Assembly: GCA_016235085.1 (NCBI GenBank)
Contig: JACRMA010000002.1
Span: forward strand, 50,361-110,883
DNA from: Candidatus Zixiibacteriota bacterium
GTDB lineage: Bacteria > Zixibacteria > MSB-5A5 > WJJR01
Reading direction: 5' to 3'
DNA: 60,523 nucleotides
Under the pieces are notes generated by a model. It was given only the letters and a program-made list of their open reading frames with translations. It was not told where the DNA came from and ran no database searches. A program made the translations under genes and the position numbers. Below, piece by piece: positions 39,718 to 48,336 of the stretch (position 1 is its first letter; each line of letters opens with the position of its first letter).

Positions 39718-41532
39718 TCAATTCTTCTCGATAATCTGTTCGTCGATCAACCGCATGAGATCCTTGGCGTCCTTGTTCCCCGGGTCGCATCCGACAACCT
39801 TCTCGCAAAGCTTGTAGGACGCATCCTTGTCACCGGATTCATACAACGCAAAGGCCAGCCACCAGCGCAGCTCGTTGAACTTGCAGGCCGGCTCCCTCGT
39901 TGCCTCGAAGCATTTGTAGGCGCGCTGCAACACTGGCACCGCACCGGCGTAATCCTTCGCGGCAAACAGCGTGAATCCATACCACTGGCGGTGATCACAA
40001 ACCTCGGGCTCACGATCCATCAGCCAGCGGTAGCATTTCTGGGCATCCGCTGTCCGTTGCATCTTGATCAAACGCGGCGCCGCCAGCTTGTAGCCCCTCT
40101 CCTCGTAAACCTTGCCGGCCGTCGTGTCATTCTCGGCCGCCCGGAGCAGGTACTCGACGGCTTTCTCGTTGTTATTGAGCTGCATGTACGGCAACGAGGC
40201 ATTAAAGAGATTCCGGGAATCAGTGGGATGCTTGACAATCAACTTCTCGTACTCAACCGCGGCTTCGGCATAACGCCCAAGCTTGTGGTAGGCCAGGGCC
40301 AGCCCGCCAATCGAACGTTCGTCATTCGGATCCAGTTCAACGGCCCGGCGGTAGTTGTCGGCGATCTGCTGTTCGTAGGAGCTGTCTTTGAGTGCCTCCA
40401 TGCACATCGCCGTCCGCCAGAACAGCTCGGCGTCGCCCGCGACATAAACATGCGGCGGCTGTGTACTGTCGAGCGTGCGGCGGTAGCCGGTAAACGCTTC
40501 GATCGCTTTGTCGTACTGCCCCAGCAACATATTGGATCGGCCGAGATAGAAAGCCAATTCCGGATCGGACGCCCCGGCCGAAATCGCGTTTTGCAACTCG
40601 ACAATCGCGGAATCGTGAGCGTTCAAAAGGTAGTAAACTGTGGCGATGTTCTTGACGACGAGGATCGGATCCGCCTTCGGATCGACGACGCGAACTTTCC
40701 GGTAGAGCGACAACGCGGCCTTGTAGTACTCGGTCGCCTCGCTCATCGGGCGGCTCTTGGCGGCCAGCATGTAGATATTGGCAAGGCGAAGATAGGCCTC
40801 GTGATACGTCGAATCCTTCTTCAGCAACTCAACGAGAAGCGGCCGCGCCTCATTCAAGCGGCGCTGCTGGTAAAACGCGTCGGCCAGCTTGTACATGATG
40901 TCGAGCCGTGTCGAATCGCCGGCCAGAACCGCTTCATATTCGCTGGCGGCCAACGGATAAACCTGGCCTTTGTAGTAGGCGTCACCAAGATCAATGCGGT
41001 ATTGAAGATTTTGCTCGTCGTCGTAGCGCGCGCCCAAGAGCAATTCCTGCGCCTTCGAATAGTCGCCCAAAGCGAATTGCGCCCGCCCCCAGGCATTCTT
41101 GAGCATCGCGCCGATCTTCGGCGTCTTGGGTTTCTCCAACGGCTTGGCAAGGAGCGGGCCAACTTCAACCGCTCGTCCCAGCGAAATCAGCGCATTGGCA
41201 CGGCCAACGTAGGCTTCCGGCTCACGGAATTTGTTGTCAATCGCCTTCGCGAAGGCCTGTTCGGCCTCTGCCGCCTTGCCCAGCCCGATCAGCGCTTCGC
41301 CCTGAAGGCTGAGCGCCTCGCCATTCTTGTCATCTGCACCCAGAATGGGCGAGAGCAGGTCCAATGCGCCTTGGTAGTTGTGGGCAGTCAGTGCCGCTTG
41401 AACCCCCGATAGATCCGGCTTCACCGAAGAAACGCCAGGATTCGCCAGGAGAGTCACCAACAGCAGGACAGACACGGATGCCCATCCGATCCAGAGCCGA
41501 TACGGATACACTCTGGTCGCGCTGCGCCACAT
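39718..41532 (-). CDS. secreted tetratricopeptide-repeat (TPR) protein
   Basis: Many TPR-like 34-aa repeats (A..Y..A...dp....a.y.LG pattern). The signal peptide follows MWRSATRVYPYRLWIGWASVSVLLLVTLLA. Start taken at ATG 41530-41532; the ORF extends to 41760. Confidence 0.8.
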   Translation of the reverse strand: MWRSATRVYPYRLWIGWASVSVLLLVTLLANPGVSSVKPDLSGVQAALTAHNYQGALDLLSPILGADDKNGEALSLQGEALIGLGKAAEAEQAFAKAIDNKFREPEAYVGRANALISLGRAVEVGPLLAKPLEKPKTPKIGAMLKNAWGRAQFALGDYSKAQELLLGARYDDEQNLQYRIDLGDAYYKGQVYPLAASEYEAVLAGDSTRLDIMYKLADAFYQQRRLNEARPLLVELLKKDSTYHEAYLRLANIYMLAAKSRPMSEATEYYKAALSLYRKVRVVDPKADPILVVKNIATVYYLLNAHDSAIVELQNAISAGASDPELAFYLGRSNMLLGQYDKAIEAFTGYRRTLDSTQPPHVYVAGDAELFWRTAMCMEALKDSSYEQQIADNYRRAVELDPNDERSIGGLALAYHKLGRYAEAAVEYEKLIVKHPTDSRNLFNASLPYMQLNNNEKAVEYLLRAAENDTTAGKVYEERGYKLAAPRLIKMQRTADAQKCYRWLMDREPEVCDHRQWYGFTLFAAKDYAGAVPVLQRAYKCFEATREPACKFNELRWWLAFALYESGDKDASYKLCEKVVGCDPGNKDAKDLMRLIDEQIIEKN

Positions 41533-41594
41533 AGATTTGCAATGATTCGCTACATGAGCCGCGCAGTCAAGCGGATTTTGGTGTCGGAGGTGTC

Positions 41595-41858
41595 TCATGA
41601 CCTTGCCTTCCCTGATTGCGACAGTCGATACAACACCAAGCGTACCAACGCGTACACAATGAGCATCCAGCCCAGAAGACGCCCGTTGCCCCCAGCCACC
41701 ACCACTCCCGACAAAACCAACCAGAGCCCCAATCCAAAAAGCAAGATCGAGAATCCCCACTGCCAGAGGCTCAGTACTGCTATTGTTCTACCCCAGAAAC
41801 CGCTGCTCTCGCTCAACCGAACACCAACTCCAAGACCCCCATCCAAATGTCTTACCAC
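41595..41858 (-). CDS. possible small two-TM membrane protein
   Basis: 87-aa ORF with two strongly hydrophobic stretches (IAVLSLWQWGFSILLFGLGLWLVLSGVVVAG; LLGWMLIVYALVRLVLY). Support is ORF and hydrophobicity only, and it overlaps the rejected 5' extension of the TPR ORF. Confidence 0.35.
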   Translation of the reverse strand: MVRHLDGGLGVGVRLSESSGFWGRTIAVLSLWQWGFSILLFGLGLWLVLSGVVVAGGNGRLLGWMLIVYALVRLVLYRLSQSGKARS

Positions 41859-42080
41859 TGAAGCACGGTTTTATTTCAAGTCCAAGCGAACAAATCGCGG
41901 TTTTGGACACCCCAAGCCGCCCCCAAGAGCATCCGAAATGGAGAATACGCCACAACTGCTTCAACGCCACGCTCAAACGGTGACTGGCTCAAGCAACGGT
42001 GAAGCCGGCTGGCCCTCGCGATCTCCTGAAGGTCTGACCACGCGATCCCGCCGGTTCTCTGAGACAATCGCCAGCGACCT

Positions 42081-43058
42081 TTAAGGAGCGTCGGAGCGCT
42101 TGATATCCAGGATTGCCGACGGATACGAGTCCGCGGTTGTCCAATCCAACAGTGTCAGAGTAGAAGGCATGATCGTTCCGGATAAAGTCGTCGAGAGCAC
42201 CGTGACGCCGTAGCCGCCCAGACCGGGTGAATAATCGGGCTCGAGTGCAACGGAAATTATGTCACCGCGAGCGAGGGTCAGCGGGAAAGTGAATCCCAGG
42301 CCCGAAGGCGCGTTTTGGAGAAAATCCTCGCCGGGGAATGGCGGTTTGGCGCCGGGACCACAATATGGATTGTCCAGATCGGTCCCGATGGGGTCCTGAA
42401 ATCGTCCCGTTGACAGGTTGGATCCCAAATGGCGAACCCACCCTTCATAAATCCATCCGGTCGGTGCGGGCGGAAGCGTCAGGCCGGAATCGTCAGCCTG
42501 CGCTGGATCCCTCGAGACAAACCACACACCCGAAAGTTCATCCGAGGTATCCGTGTCCGTCGGCGATAGAATCATGAAGGCGCTCTGCCCCTCGCCGAAC
42601 GTATGCGGGAATTCGAGCTTGGGCAGATGCAGATTCGTTAGATCGGCCGGAATCTTCCCATGAAGGAGAACCACGGCGGAAGGCACCGACACCATGCTGC
42701 TAAGACGCTCAATCGTGATCTCCAGTGAATCGTAATCATCGAGATTCACCGGAAGGTTCTTGATGGCATTGTCCGTGATGGCCACCCCATTCGAATCGAG
42801 CAGATTCCCGGTGGCGTTGATATTAAAACGGGTCAGAGGCACCCATGGCTGCTCGACCGCCGCCAATCCGGTATCCGCGACTTTCGCCCAGAGTTTGAGC
42901 GCGAATCCCGAAGGCAGAGGATGGGACTGGTAGATATTGACGACCACCTGGTTGAAGGGCTTGGGTGGCTCCGGCTCGCTCCCCTTCTTGCTGCAGCCCG
43001 TCCAGATTAATCCACCGATGACCACGAAAATCGCCACACGTGCGAGGGACTTCTTCAT
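42081..43058 (-). CDS. hypothetical lipoprotein
   Basis: MKKSLARVAIFVVIGGLIWTGCSKK signal peptide with lipobox. 325 aa. No family recognised. Confidence 0.7.
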   Translation of the reverse strand: MKKSLARVAIFVVIGGLIWTGCSKKGSEPEPPKPFNQVVVNIYQSHPLPSGFALKLWAKVADTGLAAVEQPWVPLTRFNINATGNLLDSNGVAITDNAIKNLPVNLDDYDSLEITIERLSSMVSVPSAVVLLHGKIPADLTNLHLPKLEFPHTFGEGQSAFMILSPTDTDTSDELSGVWFVSRDPAQADDSGLTLPPAPTGWIYEGWVRHLGSNLSTGRFQDPIGTDLDNPYCGPGAKPPFPGEDFLQNAPSGLGFTFPLTLARGDIISVALEPDYSPGLGGYGVTVLSTTLSGTIMPSTLTLLDWTTADSYPSAILDIKRSDAP

Positions 43059-43287
43059 CACGGCACCCACCTTTGAATCGCTCTCAAGTCATTGACGGAT
43101 ATCCACCCCACCCACGGGGGCCCTCATGTAATATACAACCTGAACGCCCCTCTGAACTACACTTTACACACTTGAGATCCACCGGGGCATTGGAAACACA
43201 GCCCGCGCCCGGCCGCGCTACGCCCGCTACAACGGGCTACCATCCAAAGACTTCCGAGTTCGAGGCAAGGCTCAGACATCCCGGCGG

Positions 43288-44184
43288 TTAGAAGCGTGCC
43301 TCACCGGCGATGGGCTGAAAAAGGTAGTCGAATGCCACTGATGATGTGTCGCTGCCGACCACGGGATCTTGCGGGCGCAACTTGGCCATTCGGCCATCTT
43401 CAGTGACAACCAAAATCGTGTGCCCCGGGATCACTGCCACTTTCTCGTCGCCAAATCCCTGGCGTGGGCAATCGGGGAAGTCATCTATGGAATCCGACGG
43501 CCCCAGATCCGAAAGTCGTGTGCTCCGCAACAATGGATTCAATCTGGCGGGACTGCCAAGGAACAGGCCATCCTTCATCGCAAATAAGTAGACATCGTTT
43601 GAATCGGAGAGACTGGAAACGTTTCGATCTTCCGAAAACGAAAACCCGTCGCCGGCCCCTGCAAACCGTGGCCGCAACGTGAGCACACCCCGTGGTCTGG
43701 CGATGACCTCGCGCTCCGCCGACGGTGGACCTTGTGTGCCACCGGGGAAGGCGGTACGAACATGCAAGTAGTACCGCGCGCCACGCGTGACCGGTGCGAT
43801 GATGACGGATTCGCTGTCAATGATACCATCAGTGTCTCCCGGGTACGCCGTCCCGCCAAGCAGGCAATCGAGGAGCTGGGAATCGTTACCCGCCAACCGG
43901 TCGGCACCGGGAGTGCTCGAAATGTACACATTGTACCCGGCAACCACGTCACGAGGCGTACGATGGGTCAGCCAGGTCAGTTCCAGGCGATCGCCGAATC
44001 CCTCCGCGCGGGTGATCACGGGCGCAGGCAGGATCCGCGCCGCGCCACCGATAGGCATGGATGGTGGCGGTGGGGCGGGCGACGGTGGTGGCGCCATCGT
44101 GCAGGAGAACGCTGCGAAAGCCAAAAACGCCGCGCAGATCGCCACGCAACGCTTGACAATTGTTCTGCGAAGATCAATCATCAC
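43288..44184 (-). CDS. hypothetical lipoprotein with an FN3-like segment
   Basis: Signal peptide/lipobox (AFLAFAAFSCTMA), a Pro-rich spacer, and an FN3-like strand pattern (RLELTWLTHRTPRDVVAGYNVYIS). Confidence 0.65.
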   Translation of the reverse strand: MMIDLRRTIVKRCVAICAAFLAFAAFSCTMAPPPSPAPPPPSMPIGGAARILPAPVITRAEGFGDRLELTWLTHRTPRDVVAGYNVYISSTPGADRLAGNDSQLLDCLLGGTAYPGDTDGIIDSESVIIAPVTRGARYYLHVRTAFPGGTQGPPSAEREVIARPRGVLTLRPRFAGAGDGFSFSEDRNVSSLSDSNDVYLFAMKDGLFLGSPARLNPLLRSTRLSDLGPSDSIDDFPDCPRQGFGDEKVAVIPGHTILVVTEDGRMAKLRPQDPVVGSDTSSVAFDYLFQPIAGEARF

Positions 44185-44321
44185 ACGCCTTGAAGCACCG
44201 TTCTTAACGCGAACCCCAAGGTTTGACGACAGAGCAATCTCGGCTATTGGATATTGATTCCCGCAGGATCATCGGTTCGGATTCCGGGAATGCGAGCGAT
44301 ACCCTCTGCAGATTGGGTCCA

Positions 44322-45089
44322 CTAAGTGCGTTTCGCTTCGCGCTGAAGATGGGCCGTCCAATCATCCTCGATTTCCTTCAACGTGCCACCGTAAATCTTC
44401 TCGAGAGAAGACGGCAGATCCAGAACGCTCTTCCAGAGCATCTTGAACCGATCGACACCCTGTGTCTGGATCAAATACGCGACAAACGAAGCGCTCTCGA
44501 GGCGATAGGCATCGCGATCTGTTACCGATGAGGGATTCACCAGCGTAGCCAGCGGGATCCATCGGCCACCACTCTTCAGGCTGGCGGCGTCGCCGTGGAC
44601 ATTATCACTCTCGCCGTCGAACGCCTCCCGCAGTCCATCCCGAATCATGTCAAACGATGGCGCCTCGGGATCAATCGACGTGAATGCCGCAACCGCGATG
44701 GCGCCACCGACGGGCGACCCGATACGCGTGTAGATTCGGTAACCCTCCACATAGACGGCGGGATGGCCGGTTGCCGCTTCACAATCCTGATTGGTGATAA
44801 AACGGTAGATTGAAATCTTCTCCTTCACATCCAGGTTGAGCAGCTTCGACAAATTCGCGTAAGCTTCTTCACACGCTTGGGCCAGAACTCGCAACTGCGC
44901 CGCTCGTGGTGATTGCGGTGGATCGAAGAGGCGGAAGTGAGTCGTCGAATCGGACACCCACCCCACCGCGAACGTGGCGGGATCGATCGTCTTTGGCCGT
45001 TTGCCACAGGAGATCAACGCGGGAATTGCAATTGCGACTGCAAGATAGCGCCAATAGCGCTGGATAATGTGCTGTCTGGACATGAACAC
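44322..45089 (-). CDS. hypothetical lipoprotein
   Basis: Signal peptide/lipobox (AIAIPALISCGKR). 255 aa. No catalytic motif recognised. Confidence 0.7.
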   Translation of the reverse strand: MFMSRQHIIQRYWRYLAVAIAIPALISCGKRPKTIDPATFAVGWVSDSTTHFRLFDPPQSPRAAQLRVLAQACEEAYANLSKLLNLDVKEKISIYRFITNQDCEAATGHPAVYVEGYRIYTRIGSPVGGAIAVAAFTSIDPEAPSFDMIRDGLREAFDGESDNVHGDAASLKSGGRWIPLATLVNPSSVTDRDAYRLESASFVAYLIQTQGVDRFKMLWKSVLDLPSSLEKIYGGTLKEIEDDWTAHLQREAKRT

Positions 45090-45174
45090 GTTCTCCTCGT
45101 CTGAGGCGATTATACAATCCGGCCGCGCACGGAGCCAACGCTTTCTGGAGAGGATCGGAGACGCCCGACAATCC

Positions 45175-45792
45175 TCAGCGGGCTACTCCCAGCCAATCGA
45201 CCAACAGGAACTGTACCCGCCCGATCAATAATGACACACGCGCCATGACGGTATAGCCGAAGTGGGCGCCGAAGGCCACCATGATAAACCCGATACCCAC
45301 AGACGCGATCCAACCGAGTGTCCCAGTGTGCGGTTTGGAAAAGTAAAAATAGATCAGCGTCGTCAGGACTCCGACGATGATCAGGATATTCCGCAGAGAG
45401 TCGAGCGGCAGCAGCGTCCGGCCAACCTGGGGAAGCACCATACCATGAAGTTGCTGTATGAACATGATCCCGGCCGTACTCCCAATCACAAATGCGAGCG
45501 GCAGCCGTGTGGTCCAGCCGATTCTGGGGAAAAATCGCGCGAACATCAGCAACCCCAGAACACCGGGAATCAGGACGCTCCATTGGCCATCCTGGGTCAG
45601 CGGCATCCAGACTTGCTGCCTGATGACCGACTGCCAAATCAGACCGAAGTAATACCCAGCGGACAGCCCGGCGAAGACATGCTCCGCGAGCTTGAACATC
45701 GGGTTGTCTTTGTAAAGGAATGAGAAGATCGCCAGCGTGAAAAACGCCGTCGGCAGCAGCAGGAAGAATGGATGGGAGTACCACTCAGGCAT
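45175..45792 (-). CDS. polytopic membrane protein of unknown function (module gene 4)
   Basis: 205 aa, about 6 hydrophobic helices. Starts 6 nt after the stop of the preceding gene. Confidence 0.75.
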   Translation of the reverse strand: MPEWYSHPFFLLLPTAFFTLAIFSFLYKDNPMFKLAEHVFAGLSAGYYFGLIWQSVIRQQVWMPLTQDGQWSVLIPGVLGLLMFARFFPRIGWTTRLPLAFVIGSTAGIMFIQQLHGMVLPQVGRTLLPLDSLRNILIIVGVLTTLIYFYFSKPHTGTLGWIASVGIGFIMVAFGAHFGYTVMARVSLLIGRVQFLLVDWLGVAR

Positions 45793-45798
45793 GGCCGG

Positions 45799-46677
45799 TC
45801 AATTCTGACCTTTCTGGGACTGCTCACGGCGCAGCATAAAGAACCCGAAATTCCCCAGGATGATGAATGCGATGATTAGGAAATGGATCAGTGACTGCGC
45901 GTCCATCCCCCGGCTGGCTTTGTCGGAGTGGTCAATCAATTGCTCGTACTCCGCGGCGCCCTTCATTCCGCCCAACAGCCCCAGCAATTGGTGCGACTGG
46001 ATATAGGAGAGCATCTTCGGAGCCATGATGGCCGTCACACCGGCCACCATCGGCAACCCGTACCGGGCATTTACCAATGCCACCCAATAGTCGGTCATGG
46101 CGTTGTCCGACACGATCAGTACAAACTTTACGGAATCGTAGTTGGGCACCTGGCGCATGAGCGGAATCGAGTCGAGACGGGTGCCGCGATGGTCGGCCGG
46201 GTAAATGTCAGCGATCTTGGAGCCCATCCCCAGCAACACCGCCGAGTAGTTCGCCTTGTAGCCAAGATTGACATAGTCCACACCGTAGGTCTTGTGGAAT
46301 TCAGACCCGATCGAGTCCAGAAGCCGGTCCGCAATCGACGGGCCACCCATTCCTACATTAGAAAGGCCGACAACCCGCAGATTCTTCCGGAAGCAGTGAC
46401 GCAGTCCCGCCACCGCCATCGGCTCGGTCTCCGGGAGTGTCGACGGCCAGAAGTCGAATGGGAACAGCACCACCGAGCCGGACGGCAGGGAATCGACCGC
46501 ATTGAAGAACGCCCTCGATTCCGGCGTGACCGGCGTTGGCAGGTGCAGAGGCCAGAGGATGGGGATGATCACGGAGGCGAAGATCAGCGTGTACAGAATT
46601 CTCCTGTCCACGCTCTGAAGCCGTTCCCAGAACGACTTTCCCGATACATCCATCGCCGCTGTCCCGTGCATCGTCAT
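45799..46677 (-). CDS. bitopic membrane protein of unknown function (module gene 3)
   Basis: 292 aa. N-terminal TM (ILYTLIFASVIIPILWPL), a ~220-aa soluble domain, and a C-terminal TM (LIHFLIIAFIILGNFGFFML). Its start overlaps the upstream stop by 4 nt. Confidence 0.75.
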   Translation of the reverse strand: MTMHGTAAMDVSGKSFWERLQSVDRRILYTLIFASVIIPILWPLHLPTPVTPESRAFFNAVDSLPSGSVVLFPFDFWPSTLPETEPMAVAGLRHCFRKNLRVVGLSNVGMGGPSIADRLLDSIGSEFHKTYGVDYVNLGYKANYSAVLLGMGSKIADIYPADHRGTRLDSIPLMRQVPNYDSVKFVLIVSDNAMTDYWVALVNARYGLPMVAGVTAIMAPKMLSYIQSHQLLGLLGGMKGAAEYEQLIDHSDKASRGMDAQSLIHFLIIAFIILGNFGFFMLRREQSQKGQN

Positions 46678-47294
46678 CCGCGCCCCAGGTAGGTGCGTTC
46701 AATGCCAAGGATTATGCGCAACGACATGGATGCCGCACCCAGGGCGGCACCGATCAAGATGCCTCGCTGAACCGCCATCGAAGGAACGGTCATGATCCAG
46801 TCGGCCCATGACGGCAGGCCGTGATAGATGTACTGGCCCATCGGAATCCGGCCCAGCATGACCAGCACCGCGGCGACCAGCAAAATCGCCGACGACACTG
46901 AGCGTGCCCGGAAGGCGCGGTACGCGGCCGACGCAATGAAGAAGGCGAGAACGGAGAACATCGTCGACATCATCGGCGCCTGGATGCGCTGGAACAGGGT
47001 GTCGAAGAGCGTTCCGCTCCCGATCCCATTGATCACACCCGAGCCTCCCATGACGATGAAGCAAATCAACAGGCACAGCGAGTAGAGCCGATCCTCATGC
47101 TTGGTGGCAACTTTCTTCCAGTGAACACGCGCGATCGAGACCGCTCCGAGAAGAAGCGAGAACCCGCCGACGATTGTCTGCCAGGTCAATGCCCGATCGG
47201 AAACGGCATCGACAACGGTGCCTCTCCCGAAGAACGCCAGGATCATGAGCGCGCCGGAAATGAACGCCACGAGCACTGGCAGGCGGGACTTCAT
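46674..47294 (-). CDS. polytopic membrane protein of unknown function (module gene 2)
   Basis: 206 aa with about 5-6 hydrophobic helices. Confidence 0.75.
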   Translation of the reverse strand: MKSRLPVLVAFISGALMILAFFGRGTVVDAVSDRALTWQTIVGGFSLLLGAVSIARVHWKKVATKHEDRLYSLCLLICFIVMGGSGVINGIGSGTLFDTLFQRIQAPMMSTMFSVLAFFIASAAYRAFRARSVSSAILLVAAVLVMLGRIPMGQYIYHGLPSWADWIMTVPSMAVQRGILIGAALGAASMSLRIILGIERTYLGRG

Positions 47295-47316
47295 TGGATG
47301 TATCGCAAGTGAGCGG

Positions 47317-48336
47317 TCACTTGGCCTCGAATATTGTGGTGAGCCATTCCGGGTTCTGCCCGAATGTAATGGCGAGCACGCCGGCGAGGACGATGACGGT
47401 AATTACGATCTTCATCAAATCCTGCCCTTTCAGCGATCCCAGAATCTTCGGGTCGCCGGACAGGTAGGCGCTGGCGGCGTAAAGTTCTTCGCCGATCAAC
47501 ACGTAGTCGCAGGCAGCGATGAAAAACGGCAGCTGGTCGGGTGCGGCCGTTCCCGCAATCTGAATTGCCCCAGTCGACTGGCCAACCTCTGCGATCAGCA
47601 GGGATTCTGCGGTGAAGAGTCCCATGTAGATCGCCGCCCCGGGCCGTTCACGCATCATGATCCCGCCGACACGCGCTGAGTAGGAAAAGGATTCGCCGGC
47701 GACATACTGGACGGTTTCCGGGTCCTGATGCTCGACACCTTCGTCGAGATACGCCTCGCGCACAGTCTCCTGCGCCGCCGCCATCGGCAGGGGATACAGC
47801 ACCGGTACACGGAGCGGTGTGTTGTACCGTGCGGTCACGCGGGCGACTCGTCCGAGAATCGAAAGCCCGGCGATCGTTTGAATCTCGTCGAGGTCTCCCG
47901 TTCCGGGGATAAAGACCACCGGACGGCCCATCTCGGTAGCACGGCCAACAGCTTCATCGACGGCCGAGAGTCCGGGAATCGGCCGGATATACATTTTTGC
48001 ACCGCGGCGGGCCTGCGCGATGTACCACAGCACGGCAGCGCCGAAAACCACCGATAACACGAGGGCGTTGATCCGCTCAATGCGAAAGACGCCCGCGAAC
48101 TGGCCGTCGCCGCTGGCGATGCATGGAAGAACCAAATGCATTGTGAGAACGACAGTGATAAGTCCGATGAAAGCTTGCTCAGCCACAGAAAGAAGTCCGC
48201 CGCATTCCCAAAACGCCTTCACGCCCCTGTCGTCATTCCCGCGAAAGCGGGAATCCAGCGCCCCCCGGACACTCCGGACTCCCGGGTTCACGGGAACGAC
48301 GTCGGGGCGGCTCTTCGGGTGCGCGATGATATTCAT
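47317..48336 (-). CDS. membrane protein of unknown function (module gene 1); start uncertain
   Basis: TM helices at both ends flank a ~230-aa soluble domain (IRPIPGLSAVDEAVGRATEMGRPVVFIPGTGD...). ATG 48336 overlaps the upstream stop (ATGA), but codons 12-36 are encoded by a palindromic repeat. Alternative GTG start at 48184-48186. Confidence 0.7.
   Translation of the reverse strand: MNIIAHPKSRPDVVPVNPGVRSVRGALDSRFRGNDDRGVKAFWECGGLLSVAEQAFIGLITVVLTMHLVLPCIASGDGQFAGVFRIERINALVLSVVFGAAVLWYIAQARRGAKMYIRPIPGLSAVDEAVGRATEMGRPVVFIPGTGDLDEIQTIAGLSILGRVARVTARYNTPLRVPVLYPLPMAAAQETVREAYLDEGVEHQDPETVQYVAGESFSYSARVGGIMMRERPGAAIYMGLFTAESLLIAEVGQSTGAIQIAGTAAPDQLPFFIAACDYVLIGEELYAASAYLSGDPKILGSLKGQDLMKIVITVIVLAGVLAITFGQNPEWLTTIFEAK
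48231..48301. repeat. palindromic REP-like element (GTCATTCCCGCGAAAGCGGGAATCC type)
   Basis: CGTCATTCCCG (48231-48241) versus CGGGAACGACG (48291-48301) gives 10/11 inverted arms. Internal hairpin ATTCCCGC-GAAA-GCGGGAAT (48235-48254). It translates to the junk-peptide strings VIPAKAGIQ and RFRGNDD in different frames. Confidence 0.65.

Noticed and set aside
39655-41412. 585-aa plus-strand ORF
   Set aside because: It lies entirely antisense to the TPR gene (39718..41532). The product is Arg/Gly/Leu/Val-rich and low-complexity, as expected for antisense frames in high-GC DNA. No motifs.
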